From an uncultured Candidatus Binatia bacterium (GTDB lineage Bacteria; Desulfobacterota; Binatia; Bin18): a DNA stretch of 64,000 nucleotides. The stretch is taken from contig OZ241744.1 of assembly GCA_965200965.1 (NCBI GenBank), forward strand, positions 3,232,001 through 3,296,000, in the 5' to 3' direction. A model generated the notes under the pieces. The model made no database searches. It was given only the letters and a program-made list of their open reading frames with translations, and had not been told where the DNA came from. Positions 1 to 8,476 of this stretch are shown here, one piece after another (position 1 is the stretch's first letter; each line of letters starts with the position of its first letter). Made by a program: the position numbers and the translations under genes.

Positions 1-362
1 GTGGCTCGCCTGATGGGCGAAAAGCACGCACCTACCATCGTCCCATCGGCGGCAGCCACCAACTGATTATTAACAATGAGCTCCTCGTCCCGCTTGTCCC
101 TGCCCTCAACCTCAAAGGGGTGTTGTTCAACGATATTGGAAACGCTTTTACTAACATCCAAGGCATTGACCTCGGCGATTTACGCTATTCTGTCGGAGCC
201 GGGGTGCGCTGGAAATCGCCGTTTGGTCCGATTCGCATTGAGTTGGGAAGACCGCTGAATGCCAAGAAGGATGAGCGTACCAGTAGCGTTCACTTTTCGT
301 TTGGTGGTTTTGGCGGTATCGGCCAGGGCGGTGGAGGCAACCGTTTTAGTTCGCTGTTCTAG
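1..362 (+). CDS. bamA: Outer membrane protein assembly factor BamA, C-terminal part (5'-truncated by window)
   Basis: Frame open from nt 3. Omp85 C-terminal motifs ...PIGG..LIINNEL, F.DIGNAF and LRYSVGAGVRWKSPFGPIRIELG. Lies upstream of fabZ-lpxA. Confidence 0.9.
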   Translation, partial: GSPDGRKARTYHRPIGGSHQLIINNELLVPLVPALNLKGVLFNDIGNAFTNIQGIDLGDLRYSVGAGVRWKSPFGPIRIELGRPLNAKKDERTSSVHFSFGGFGGIGQGGGGNRFSSLF

Positions 363-389
363 CCCTCACATGTGCAACTCCTCGCTTAT

Positions 390-863
390 ATGGATACCAC
401 CGTTACGGCCCTGCTGCCCCACCGCTACCCTTTCTTGCTTGTCGATAGGGTCGTGGAGATTGTCGCTGCTGAGCGGATTGCGGCGCTCAAAAACGTGACC
501 ATCAACGAGCCTTTTTTCCCCGGCCATTTCCCCGACTATCCCGTTATGCCTGGAGTCTTGCTGTGTGAAGCCGTTGTCCAGGCCGGAGGCATTCTGGTCT
601 GTTCGTCCACGCCGGAAAGTGGTCGGCCCCAACACGCGCTGCTGACAGCGCTTGACAAGGCACGCTTTCGGCGGCAAGTCACCCCGGGCGATCAGCTCCG
701 TTTGGAGGCAGAGACCATCTACCGGCGGGGAAAATTCTGGAAGATGCGTGGCACCGCATCAGTGGACAATACGGTGGTGGCCGAACTCGAGTTTACGCTT
801 GCCGAGGCCGACCCCCAGGACGGCCGCCAAGCTGCCCGGCGAAAAGATGAAGAGCGACCATGA
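390..863 (+). CDS. fabZ: 3-hydroxyacyl-ACP dehydratase FabZ
   Basis: LPHRYPFLLVDR and GHFP.YPVMPGVL..EA motifs; between bamA and lpxA. Start ATG 390 (alternative 372). Confidence 0.95.
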   Translation: MDTTVTALLPHRYPFLLVDRVVEIVAAERIAALKNVTINEPFFPGHFPDYPVMPGVLLCEAVVQAGGILVCSSTPESGRPQHALLTALDKARFRRQVTPGDQLRLEAETIYRRGKFWKMRGTASVDNTVVAELEFTLAEADPQDGRQAARRKDEERP

Positions 864-1687
864 CGGCAGCCACGCACATACACCTCTCGGCAGTCGTTGC
901 GCCGGGTGCCGAGCTCGACAGCGGGGTCAAGGTTGGGCCGTATGCGGTCGTTGGGCCCCACGTCAGGCTCGGGCGGGAAACCCAGGTCGGTCCGCACGCT
1001 GTTATTGAGGGCCGGACGACAATCGGACGGCAGAACCATATTTTTCAGTTTGCCAGTATCGGGGCAACTCCCCAGGATAAAAAGTACGCCGGCGAAGACA
1101 GTCGGCTGATTATTGGCGACTACAATACCATTCGGGAGTTCGCTACTCTCCAACCCGGCACGGCCGGAGGCGGCATGGTCACCCGGGTCGGCGACCATAA
1201 TCTGTTTATGGTCTATTCACACATTGCCCACGATTGCACGCTGGGCAACTATATTGTGATGGCCAACAGCGCCAATTTGGGCGGCCATGTGACGCTTGAA
1301 GACTGTGTGGTGGTGGGTGCTCTGGTCGGCATCCATCAATTCGCCCGGATTGGTGAATCGGCGATTGTCGGTGCCGGTGCCATGGTCTCTCTCGATGTTC
1401 CGCCGTACTGCATGGCACAGGGGGACCGGGCCTATCTGTTCGGCCTGAACCTGATCGGGCTCAAACGGCGTGGTTTTACGATCTCCCAGTTGGAGATACT
1501 GAAAAAAGCCTATCGGACCCTGTTTGCCGAGGGCGAACCGCTCAAACAGGCTCTCGCCCGCGTCAGTCAGGAGTATAGTGGCTGTCCCGAGGTCGCTCAC
1601 CTCGTGGAGTTTATCTCGCACTCCCAGCGCGGGATTTGCCGGCCGCGGAGTTGGGTGTCTGCCGACACCGACGAGGCTTCCGCTTAG
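860..1687 (+). CDS. lpxA: UDP-N-acetylglucosamine O-acyltransferase LpxA
   Basis: Hexapeptide repeats, PQDKKY, NTIREF, HIAHDC, GIHQF, GLNLIGLKRRGF. Confidence 0.97.
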   Translation: MTAATHIHLSAVVAPGAELDSGVKVGPYAVVGPHVRLGRETQVGPHAVIEGRTTIGRQNHIFQFASIGATPQDKKYAGEDSRLIIGDYNTIREFATLQPGTAGGGMVTRVGDHNLFMVYSHIAHDCTLGNYIVMANSANLGGHVTLEDCVVVGALVGIHQFARIGESAIVGAGAMVSLDVPPYCMAQGDRAYLFGLNLIGLKRRGFTISQLEILKKAYRTLFAEGEPLKQALARVSQEYSGCPEVAHLVEFISHSQRGICRPRSWVSADTDEASA

Positions 1688-1716
1688 GGTCCGGCAGACT
1701 CTCGCTGGCAGACAGG

Positions 1717-2553
1717 ATGGCTCAATTAGCACTGATTGCCGGTAACGGCCGCTTTCCCATCCTCTTTGTTGAGGCGGCCCGCGCCCAAGGGCTCGACATT
1801 GTGGCGGTCGCCCATCAGGGCGAGACACTGGAGACGCTCAATGACTTGGTGTCTGATCTGCGCTGGGTTCGGGTTGGAGAACTGGGTAAAATTATCGACA
1901 TCTTCAAGGCCGCCGGCGTTACCCAAGCTGTCATGGCTGGCGGGATCCACAAATCCGGAGCGCTGACCAATATCCAACCCGACGCGCGCGGCTTGGCGTT
2001 CATCAGTCGGCTGCCGAGTCTGAAGGACGATGTGATCCTGCGTGGCATTGCCCAAGAGTTGGAAAGCGAGGGCATCAGGGTAGTGGAATCCACCCGCCTG
2101 CTGCCCGACCTGGTTCCCCAGCCGGGAGTGCTCACCCAAGCCGCTCCAGATGACAAGCAGTGGCAGGACCTCCGGCTGGGGGCCGAGGTGGCCAAGGAAA
2201 TTGGCCGCTGGGACATTGGCCAGAGCGTAGTGGTCAAGCATGGCACGGTGTTTGCCGTCGAAGGGCCAGAGGGAACCAATGCCACGATTCGGCGCGCTGG
2301 AGAGCTGGGTGGACCGGGACTGGTGATTGTCAAAGTGAGTAAACCCCACCAGGATTTGCGCTTTGATGTGCCAACGGTTGGACCGGAGACGATTCAAGAG
2401 ATGCGGGCCGTCGAGGCTCGTGTGCTTGCCGTCGAGGCCGAGACCACATTGATTGTGGACAGACCCGCGGTTGTCCGCCAAGCTGATGCCGCGGGGCTGT
2501 GCGTGGTGGCCATCGCAAGGCCCAAAACAGACCGGGGTTTTCGTGCCACATAA
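1717..2553 (+). CDS. lpxI: UDP-2,3-diacylglucosamine diphosphatase LpxI
   Basis: LALIAGNGRFP, DIGQSVVV, AVEG.EGT and QDLRFDVPTVG motifs; follows lpxA. Confidence 0.93.
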   Translation: MAQLALIAGNGRFPILFVEAARAQGLDIVAVAHQGETLETLNDLVSDLRWVRVGELGKIIDIFKAAGVTQAVMAGGIHKSGALTNIQPDARGLAFISRLPSLKDDVILRGIAQELESEGIRVVESTRLLPDLVPQPGVLTQAAPDDKQWQDLRLGAEVAKEIGRWDIGQSVVVKHGTVFAVEGPEGTNATIRRAGELGGPGLVIVKVSKPHQDLRFDVPTVGPETIQEMRAVEARVLAVEAETTLIVDRPAVVRQADAAGLCVVAIARPKTDRGFRAT

Positions 2554-2574
2554 GGGTTCAGGGAGGGGCGGAAA

Positions 2575-5500
2575 ATGACACATATCCTGCGCCGATTCAG
2601 CGCCGTGCTCTTGTGGAGTGGGCTGGTGTTTGTTTTGCCCCGCAGTGGCCTGACCGCTATTGAATTCTCCTTTGAAAACCCGGCGCAGGCCCAAGTCATC
2701 AGCGGGGTGAGCGTGATATCGGGCTGGGCTTTCTCGACCGTGCCGGGCGCGTCGGTCACTGTCCGTTTACGTATTGATGCTGGAGAAGCCAGTCGGCTCC
2801 CGTGCTGTTCCGAACGGGGGGATGTGGTGGATGCCTATCCCGATCATCCCCAAGCCCTCCAGAGCGGATTTGGGCAGGTCTTTAATTTTGGTTTACTCGA
2901 ACAAGGTACGCATACCCTTACCCTTGAGATTGAGGATACGACCGGCACCCGAGAGATACACGAGCACAGCATTGAAACCGTGAGGCCCGGTGGGTTTGAA
3001 TTTCTCAGTCCGCTTGATCTCACCCAGGCCGAGGCAGAACTGAGCGAAGACAAACAGCAGATTGTGATCGAAAGCGCGGTCGCCCGGGATAAAGCCAGCG
3101 GCGCGTCCGAGGAAGTCCGCTTCAACTTGGCTTGGCAGGAAAACCTCCAGGCAATGGGTATTGTCGCCTCGCAAAACACAAGCGAGCAAGTCACCTCTGC
3201 TGCTGTACAAAGCACGGCCCTCCAGGCTGTTCAGGTGGCTACCGAGGACCGGGCTGCTGAGCGTATGCAGGTGGATGCCGAGGGCCAGGCTGCCCAGCCC
3301 GATTGGGTGCAAAACCCGGCCCTCATTCGGATTGACCCGGTCAGTGGCAGTCGAACGATTGTGTCCGATGTGAACATCCCGACTGAAGAAGACCTGAGCG
3401 ATGCACAGACCGACCCTGGGCCGACTTGGCTTATCCCCCAAGGAGTCACGGTTGAGCCGGACGGCCAGATCGCCGTGACCGATTTTGGCCGCCAGGCTCT
3501 GGTCCGGGTTGATCCTGTGACCGGTCGACGACAAGTCGTGTCTCGAACCGGGCCAGCCTTTCTGCGGCCAAATGGGGTTGCGGCCTATGGCGAAGCGTCG
3601 GGCCTGGACAGCACGCTTGTGATTGCGGATTCCGGCCAATCAGGCATCATTGAAATGAATGACGACCGCCAGACCATTATCTCGGATATCGGGTTTGAGG
3701 GCGAACCGGTCAACCTGAGGGCACCGTTTGGTCTTGCGATTGAGCCCAATTGTACGCAAGAGGACTGTCGGATCGTGGTGGCCGATGCCGGCTTGGCGGC
3801 GATTGTGCGTCTTGATCGGGCCACCGAAGAGCGGACCATTATTTCAGATGAGGGCTGGATGACCCCGGTTGATATTGATGTCGCGCCTGACGGCCAGTTG
3901 GTCGTTGTTGATGTTGGTCTCAACGCTCTTGTCCGGGTCAATCCAGCAAACGGGAATCGGACGGTCGTGTCGGGTGCCGGGGCTGGCGGCGGTCCGCCTT
4001 TCAGCCGAGTCCGCGCCCTGGTCATTGAGTCCGATGGTCAGCTAGCGGTCCTGGATGAAGGCGCTCGGACCGTGTTCCGCGTTGATCCAGGCAACGGTGA
4101 GCGCAGCATCATCTCAGGGCCGGACACCGGTAGTGGGCCTGAATTGCGGCTGCCGGTTGATATCGCCGTCGAGTCCAACGGCCAGCTGATCGTCGTTGAT
4201 AGCGCGCCTCTGTCGTCCGTTCTTGAAAATCCGTCTGGAGATTTTGCCGGCGGTATCGGTTTGGTGTCAGGCTGGGCCTTCGCCAATGCTCCGGCGGCTA
4301 CGCCGAGCACCATCGAACTCAGGATTGACGACAACGCGCCCATAGATGTGCCGTGCTGTTCTTCTCGTGGGGATGTCCAGGCATTTTTCCCCGAGCGGCC
4401 GTGGGCACCTGAGAGCGGTTTTGGACTTGTCACCAACTTTAATCTCCTGCCCAGCGGGCCCCACATTTTTGAGTTGACCGTTGAGGACAAGAACGGCGCT
4501 TCACACACCCAGAGTCGCCTCGTGGAGACCGTGAGGCTGGGCGGCTCGGAGTTTCTGGACCGCTTTGACATGACAAACGCAGAAGTGAGCCTGTCTTCTG
4601 AAATCGTATTCATCGATCAGGTCAAGGTGCGAGACAAGGCCAGCCAACTCAGCCGTGATATCAACGCCAGTTTTATCTGGCAGGAGAGCTGTCAGTGTTT
4701 TGTTGTGCAGGGCGAATGTGGCAATGGGAGTGTCGAATCCAACGAAGAGTGCGACGGCGCGGCCTTTGGCGGACAAACCTGCCAGAGCTCAGGGTTTTCT
4801 GGTGGCAGCCTGAGCTGTGGTGCGAGGTGCAATCTTGACTTCAGCCAATGCACGGGGGGGAGGCCGGTTTTGGTTGCTAATAGCGGAGACAATACTGTTT
4901 CCGTGGTCAGCCCCACGACCTATGCGGAGGAACTCACCATACCTGTCGGCGAAAATCCCCGGGCAATAGCCGTCAGCCCGACCCACCCGGTCGCGTATGT
5001 GACCAACGCCGACAGTGCCTCTGTGTCGGTCATTGACCTCAACACCAGGACCGCCGTAGATGACATTGCCGTTGGCGGTACGCCCGTCGGCGTGGGCTTT
5101 GCGCCGGATGGCAAGTATGCCTATGTGGTCAACGCCGGCCACGGTCGGGTCAGTGTGATCAACACGGCGTCACGCGCCGTTGAGACATACATAGGCGTCG
5201 GCCATGAACCTCAGGAGATCGCCATCAATAGCGCCGGCACCCGGGCCTATGTCACAAACTATGGGGACGGGACCGTGTCGGTTCTTGACCTAGCGACACG
5301 CAAGCTGCTGAGCACGATCGACGTTGGCAACGAACCCAACGGTATTGCAGTCCGCCCGCACGCCGCGGAAGTGTATGTGGTCAACTTCGGGGATAACAGC
5401 GTCTCAATCATTAACACGAATACGGGCAGCGTCGTGCAGACCCTCACCAGAGAAGCGGATGAGGGCCGCATTGGACTCCTGCCCCAGAAGGTCGCGTTTT

Positions 5501-5799
5501 CGCCCGATGGACACAAGGCGTTTATCACCAACGCGCTTGACTATACGGTGTCAATTCTTGATGCGGTGACACGAACCAGCCTCGATAAGCTCTCTATCGC
5601 CAGACAGGGCTACAGCTCGGTGTACGACGAACCAAACGGCATCTTTATCCCTCCAAATGGACTGCGCTTCTATGTCTCGCTGTTCGGTCGGAGTGGACAG
5701 GGCAGATATCTCGGCGTGTATGGCGTGTTGAACCACCGGTTTGAGGCCTCCGTTCAGGTCGGGGATGGGCCGATCGGTCTGGCGGGTGGCCCGGGCTAG
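2575..5799 (+). CDS. Secreted multidomain surface protein: two copies of an Ig-like 'ENP..SGWAF..PCCS.RGDV' domain, NHL-like propeller, Cys-rich repeat, YVTN beta-propeller
   Basis: Signal peptide; duplicated domain; RVDP..G.R..VS repeats; CGNG..E..EECDG...TC...GF.GG.L.C motif; AYVTN/VSVID repeats. Confidence 0.8.
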   Translation: MTHILRRFSAVLLWSGLVFVLPRSGLTAIEFSFENPAQAQVISGVSVISGWAFSTVPGASVTVRLRIDAGEASRLPCCSERGDVVDAYPDHPQALQSGFGQVFNFGLLEQGTHTLTLEIEDTTGTREIHEHSIETVRPGGFEFLSPLDLTQAEAELSEDKQQIVIESAVARDKASGASEEVRFNLAWQENLQAMGIVASQNTSEQVTSAAVQSTALQAVQVATEDRAAERMQVDAEGQAAQPDWVQNPALIRIDPVSGSRTIVSDVNIPTEEDLSDAQTDPGPTWLIPQGVTVEPDGQIAVTDFGRQALVRVDPVTGRRQVVSRTGPAFLRPNGVAAYGEASGLDSTLVIADSGQSGIIEMNDDRQTIISDIGFEGEPVNLRAPFGLAIEPNCTQEDCRIVVADAGLAAIVRLDRATEERTIISDEGWMTPVDIDVAPDGQLVVVDVGLNALVRVNPANGNRTVVSGAGAGGGPPFSRVRALVIESDGQLAVLDEGARTVFRVDPGNGERSIISGPDTGSGPELRLPVDIAVESNGQLIVVDSAPLSSVLENPSGDFAGGIGLVSGWAFANAPAATPSTIELRIDDNAPIDVPCCSSRGDVQAFFPERPWAPESGFGLVTNFNLLPSGPHIFELTVEDKNGASHTQSRLVETVRLGGSEFLDRFDMTNAEVSLSSEIVFIDQVKVRDKASQLSRDINASFIWQESCQCFVVQGECGNGSVESNEECDGAAFGGQTCQSSGFSGGSLSCGARCNLDFSQCTGGRPVLVANSGDNTVSVVSPTTYAEELTIPVGENPRAIAVSPTHPVAYVTNADSASVSVIDLNTRTAVDDIAVGGTPVGVGFAPDGKYAYVVNAGHGRVSVINTASRAVETYIGVGHEPQEIAINSAGTRAYVTNYGDGTVSVLDLATRKLLSTIDVGNEPNGIAVRPHAAEVYVVNFGDNSVSIINTNTGSVVQTLTREADEGRIGLLPQKVAFSPDGHKAFITNALDYTVSILDAVTRTSLDKLSIARQGYSSVYDEPNGIFIPPNGLRFYVSLFGRSGQGRYLGVYGVLNHRFEASVQVGDGPIGLAGGPG

Positions 5800-5805
5800 A
5801 CGCGC

Positions 5806-5834
5806 TTGACTCCTGAGACAGAAAGTGGCACCTT
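5806..5834 (+). promoter_or_regulatory. Putative sigma70 promoter for tRNA-Ala(GGC)
   Basis: TTGACT-17 bp-(TGG)CACCTT just upstream of the tRNA. Confidence 0.5.
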
Positions 5835-5846
5835 CGCTTAGCTTGT

Positions 5847-5919
5847 GGGGCCGTAGCTCAGCTGGGAGAGCGCTTGACTGGCAGTCAAGAGGTCGGCAGT
5901 TCGATCCTGCTCGGCTCCA
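5847..5919 (+). tRNA. tRNA-Ala(GGC), CCA not encoded
   Basis: GGGGCCG/CGGCTCC acceptor stem with G3:U70; anticodon arm CTTGA-CT GGC AG-TCAAG; TTCGA T-loop. Confidence 0.97.
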
Positions 5920-6051
5920 CTCGTCCAATCCTCCGCCCGTCCTCCTTGCCGACCAGACCCTGCCGACCCCCTCCCTGAGCGTAGCCTGTCCCTCCTGACC
6001 GGAAGTGGCCGGCCAATGCCGCCGCGACAGGGAAAACACCAGAGAGCCGCG

Positions 6052-6945
6052 GTGCGCGCCTTCAGTTCTGCCGACTACACCGTTCCGCTGGGGCGTCACT
6101 CATATCCGATGGACAAATACCGCCTGGTACCGGAGCGTCTCCTGGCCGATGGCATCCTCACGCCGGATGAAATCCTTGCCCCCCAGCCAATACCGCACGA
6201 CGACATCTTGCGCGTGCATACTCCAGGGTATGTCTACGCCTTCTGTAGCGGCGGCCTTGAGCGCCGCGCCCTGCTGCGGCTCGGTCTGCCCTGGTCAGCG
6301 GCTCTCGTCCGCCGTGCCTTTATGGGTGATTGGCGGGACCCTGGAAGCGACCCGCGCCGCCCTGTCCGGCGGGCTCGGGGTGAACTTGGCCGGCGGCACC
6401 CACCACGCCTTTGCCGAACACGGTGAGGGCTACTGCATTTTTCACGATATGGTCATCAGCCTGCGGCGGCTCCGGCGCGAGGGCGCGGCGTTCTCTGACT
6501 ATTGACCTCGATGTCCACCAGGGCAACGGCACCGCTGCCCTGTGTCAGGCCGACCCGGATGTCTGTACTTTCTCCATGCACGCCCAAAACAATTACCCCG
6601 CCCGCAAAGAGAGAACTCGTGGGACATTGCCCTGCCCGACCGGACCACGGATGATCCCTATCTCGATTGCCTCTGCGCCGCCCTCCCCCGCCTCCTGGAA
6701 CGCTGCGCGCCCGAGCTTGTTTTGTACCCAGGCCGGCGTCGCTGTCCTGGCCGGGGAGCGTTTTGGCAAGCTGGCCCTGACCATGCGCGGGGTCGGAGAG
6801 CGGGACCGCGCTTGTGGCCGCCTTTGCCCGGCAGGCCGGCCTGCCCCTTGTTGTGACGTTTGGCGGTGGCTATGCGCGTGATATCAGCATGATTGTTGAG
6901 GCGCACTGCCAGACGGTGGAGATTGCCAGGGTCTGTCTGGGATGA
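6052..6945 (+). pseudogene. Histone deacetylase family protein, about 5 frameshifts
   Basis: Motifs PMDKY, NLAGGTHHA, DLDVHQGNGT, FSMH...NYP and GGGYA are spread over three frames. The metal-ligand Asp of AGxD reads AGVA. Confidence 0.88.
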
Positions 6946-6949
6946 GCGC

Positions 6950-8422
6950 CTACTCATCGGCGCTGACCACCGGCAAGTCCTCCCCGAGGGCTAGGCGGGA
7001 GAGGACGGCACGCAGCTCGTCGTTCGATACGCCCGAGTCGGCAGGCGTATGAAAAAGGAGGGCCACCTGCTGGTCTTCCAGGGAGCGGCGGGCTAAGCGG
7101 GCCTGGGCACGCAGGCGGACCAGGGGGCCGATGAGCCGGGCCAGCTCGGAGGTGAAGCGGGCGGCCAGCAAGAGCGCTTGGCCGGCACTCTGCGCTCCAG
7201 CAAGAGCTTTACGATAGACGGCCACTATGCCGGCATGAAGCACAAGCCCGGTTTTTCTCTCCTCCCATAGTTCGCCCTGGACCGTTCCCCAGCTTAGGCG
7301 CATTTCGTCAAGGACCGGCCACAGCTCGGGGTGTAGGGCCGGGGCGCTCTCAGCTGCAATCAGACGGACAAAGACTGCTTTCAACTCGTCCGACAGCTGG
7401 GTCGGCTCTCGGACGTGCCACCGTCGAGGGGGGGGAGGGCGGGCGATGATTGCGCCCTCGGCACTGAGAACGAGATGGTCTTCGACCGATTGGCCGAGCA
7501 GCGTCAGGCTGGCGGTATAGCGGACATAGCCGTCCGCGGTGTGCTCCGTCCGTAAGGCGTGGGCGTTGACCGCCAGCCCGGGATGATAGTACACCCGGCC
7601 CCGGTCATACACCTTCTCAATCCCCTTGCGCAGCTGCACGCAGGTGTGGGCAGCCGGGAAGAAGTATTCATATGGGGAGGGCGTCCAGTCAACCTCAGCC
7701 TCTCGCATCTCCATGCGCAGGGCGGCTTCTTGGGTACCACGGGTGAAGCGCTCGCGCGTGCTCCCGGCTTCTCCGCCGCTGTGAAAAGCTTCGCGCAGCG
7801 TGCCAAACAGTCGTTCGCTGGGGTATGGACCACGGTAGCGGAGGACGCTTTTGCCCTGGTCCTGGCTCAGCAGCGACAAGACATTGAGCACGCTTGAACC
7901 GGCCCCGGTTGGCAGGCTGCCGGGGTCATCGACAGGCGGAATCGCTGCCACATCGGTGTAGCGCACCGCCCGAAAAAGGCTCAGGAAACGCTGCTGGCGA
8001 AAGCCGAGCTCACCGTCCAGGGTCCACAGGCAGTCCGAGATGCCCCACCCAAGATGTGAAGCCGTGGCCGCGCTGACGCCCAGGAAGCGGCCATCAAGGC
8101 CACGGACCTTAAAGCGATGAAGTGTCCGGTCACGCCCCTCGCCCTGCCAGCTGAGGAGGAGCAGCAGGCGTCCGTGTCGGTCAAAGCTTGCCAACCGCAG
8201 CGGTTTGTGAAGGGCTGGAGCATCGGGCACAAAGAAGCTCAGGCTGCCGTGTTGAGAGCGCTGGGCGATGAGGCGGGCATGGTGGCGCAGGTCCCCCGCT
8301 GGGTCGGCGACCGCTTGGCCGAGAGCATGCCTCAGGCGGCCGAGCTGCCCGGGAGCAAGGCCCTCCAGAGCGAGGGTTTTGATGGCAAGAGCCAGGCTGT
8401 CGGGAGCGATAGTGTCAGGCAT
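6950..8422 (-). CDS. Hypothetical protein, 490 aa
   Basis: Long ORF with host-like codon use, co-oriented 55 bp downstream of the helicase. No family recognised. Confidence 0.75.
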   Translation of the reverse strand: MPDTIAPDSLALAIKTLALEGLAPGQLGRLRHALGQAVADPAGDLRHHARLIAQRSQHGSLSFFVPDAPALHKPLRLASFDRHGRLLLLLSWQGEGRDRTLHRFKVRGLDGRFLGVSAATASHLGWGISDCLWTLDGELGFRQQRFLSLFRAVRYTDVAAIPPVDDPGSLPTGAGSSVLNVLSLLSQDQGKSVLRYRGPYPSERLFGTLREAFHSGGEAGSTRERFTRGTQEAALRMEMREAEVDWTPSPYEYFFPAAHTCVQLRKGIEKVYDRGRVYYHPGLAVNAHALRTEHTADGYVRYTASLTLLGQSVEDHLVLSAEGAIIARPPPPRRWHVREPTQLSDELKAVFVRLIAAESAPALHPELWPVLDEMRLSWGTVQGELWEERKTGLVLHAGIVAVYRKALAGAQSAGQALLLAARFTSELARLIGPLVRLRAQARLARRSLEDQQVALLFHTPADSGVSNDELRAVLSRLALGEDLPVVSADE

Positions 8423-8476
8423 GAACGGAAGCTGCCTTGTCTGATTCCTGGCATACGAAGCGCGCGGCTGAACGGC

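Noticed and set aside
1726-2694. Long antisense or alternative-frame ORFs (also 18308-19261, 19080-20279, 39352-40311, 45722-46609)
   Set aside because: Shadow ORFs opposite well-supported genes, expected at high GC.
5847-5919. Unusual C32-G38 pair in tRNA-Ala(GGC) and missing CCA in both tRNAs
   Set aside because: A 32-38 pair is a known feature of tRNA-Ala(GGC), and non-encoded CCA is common.
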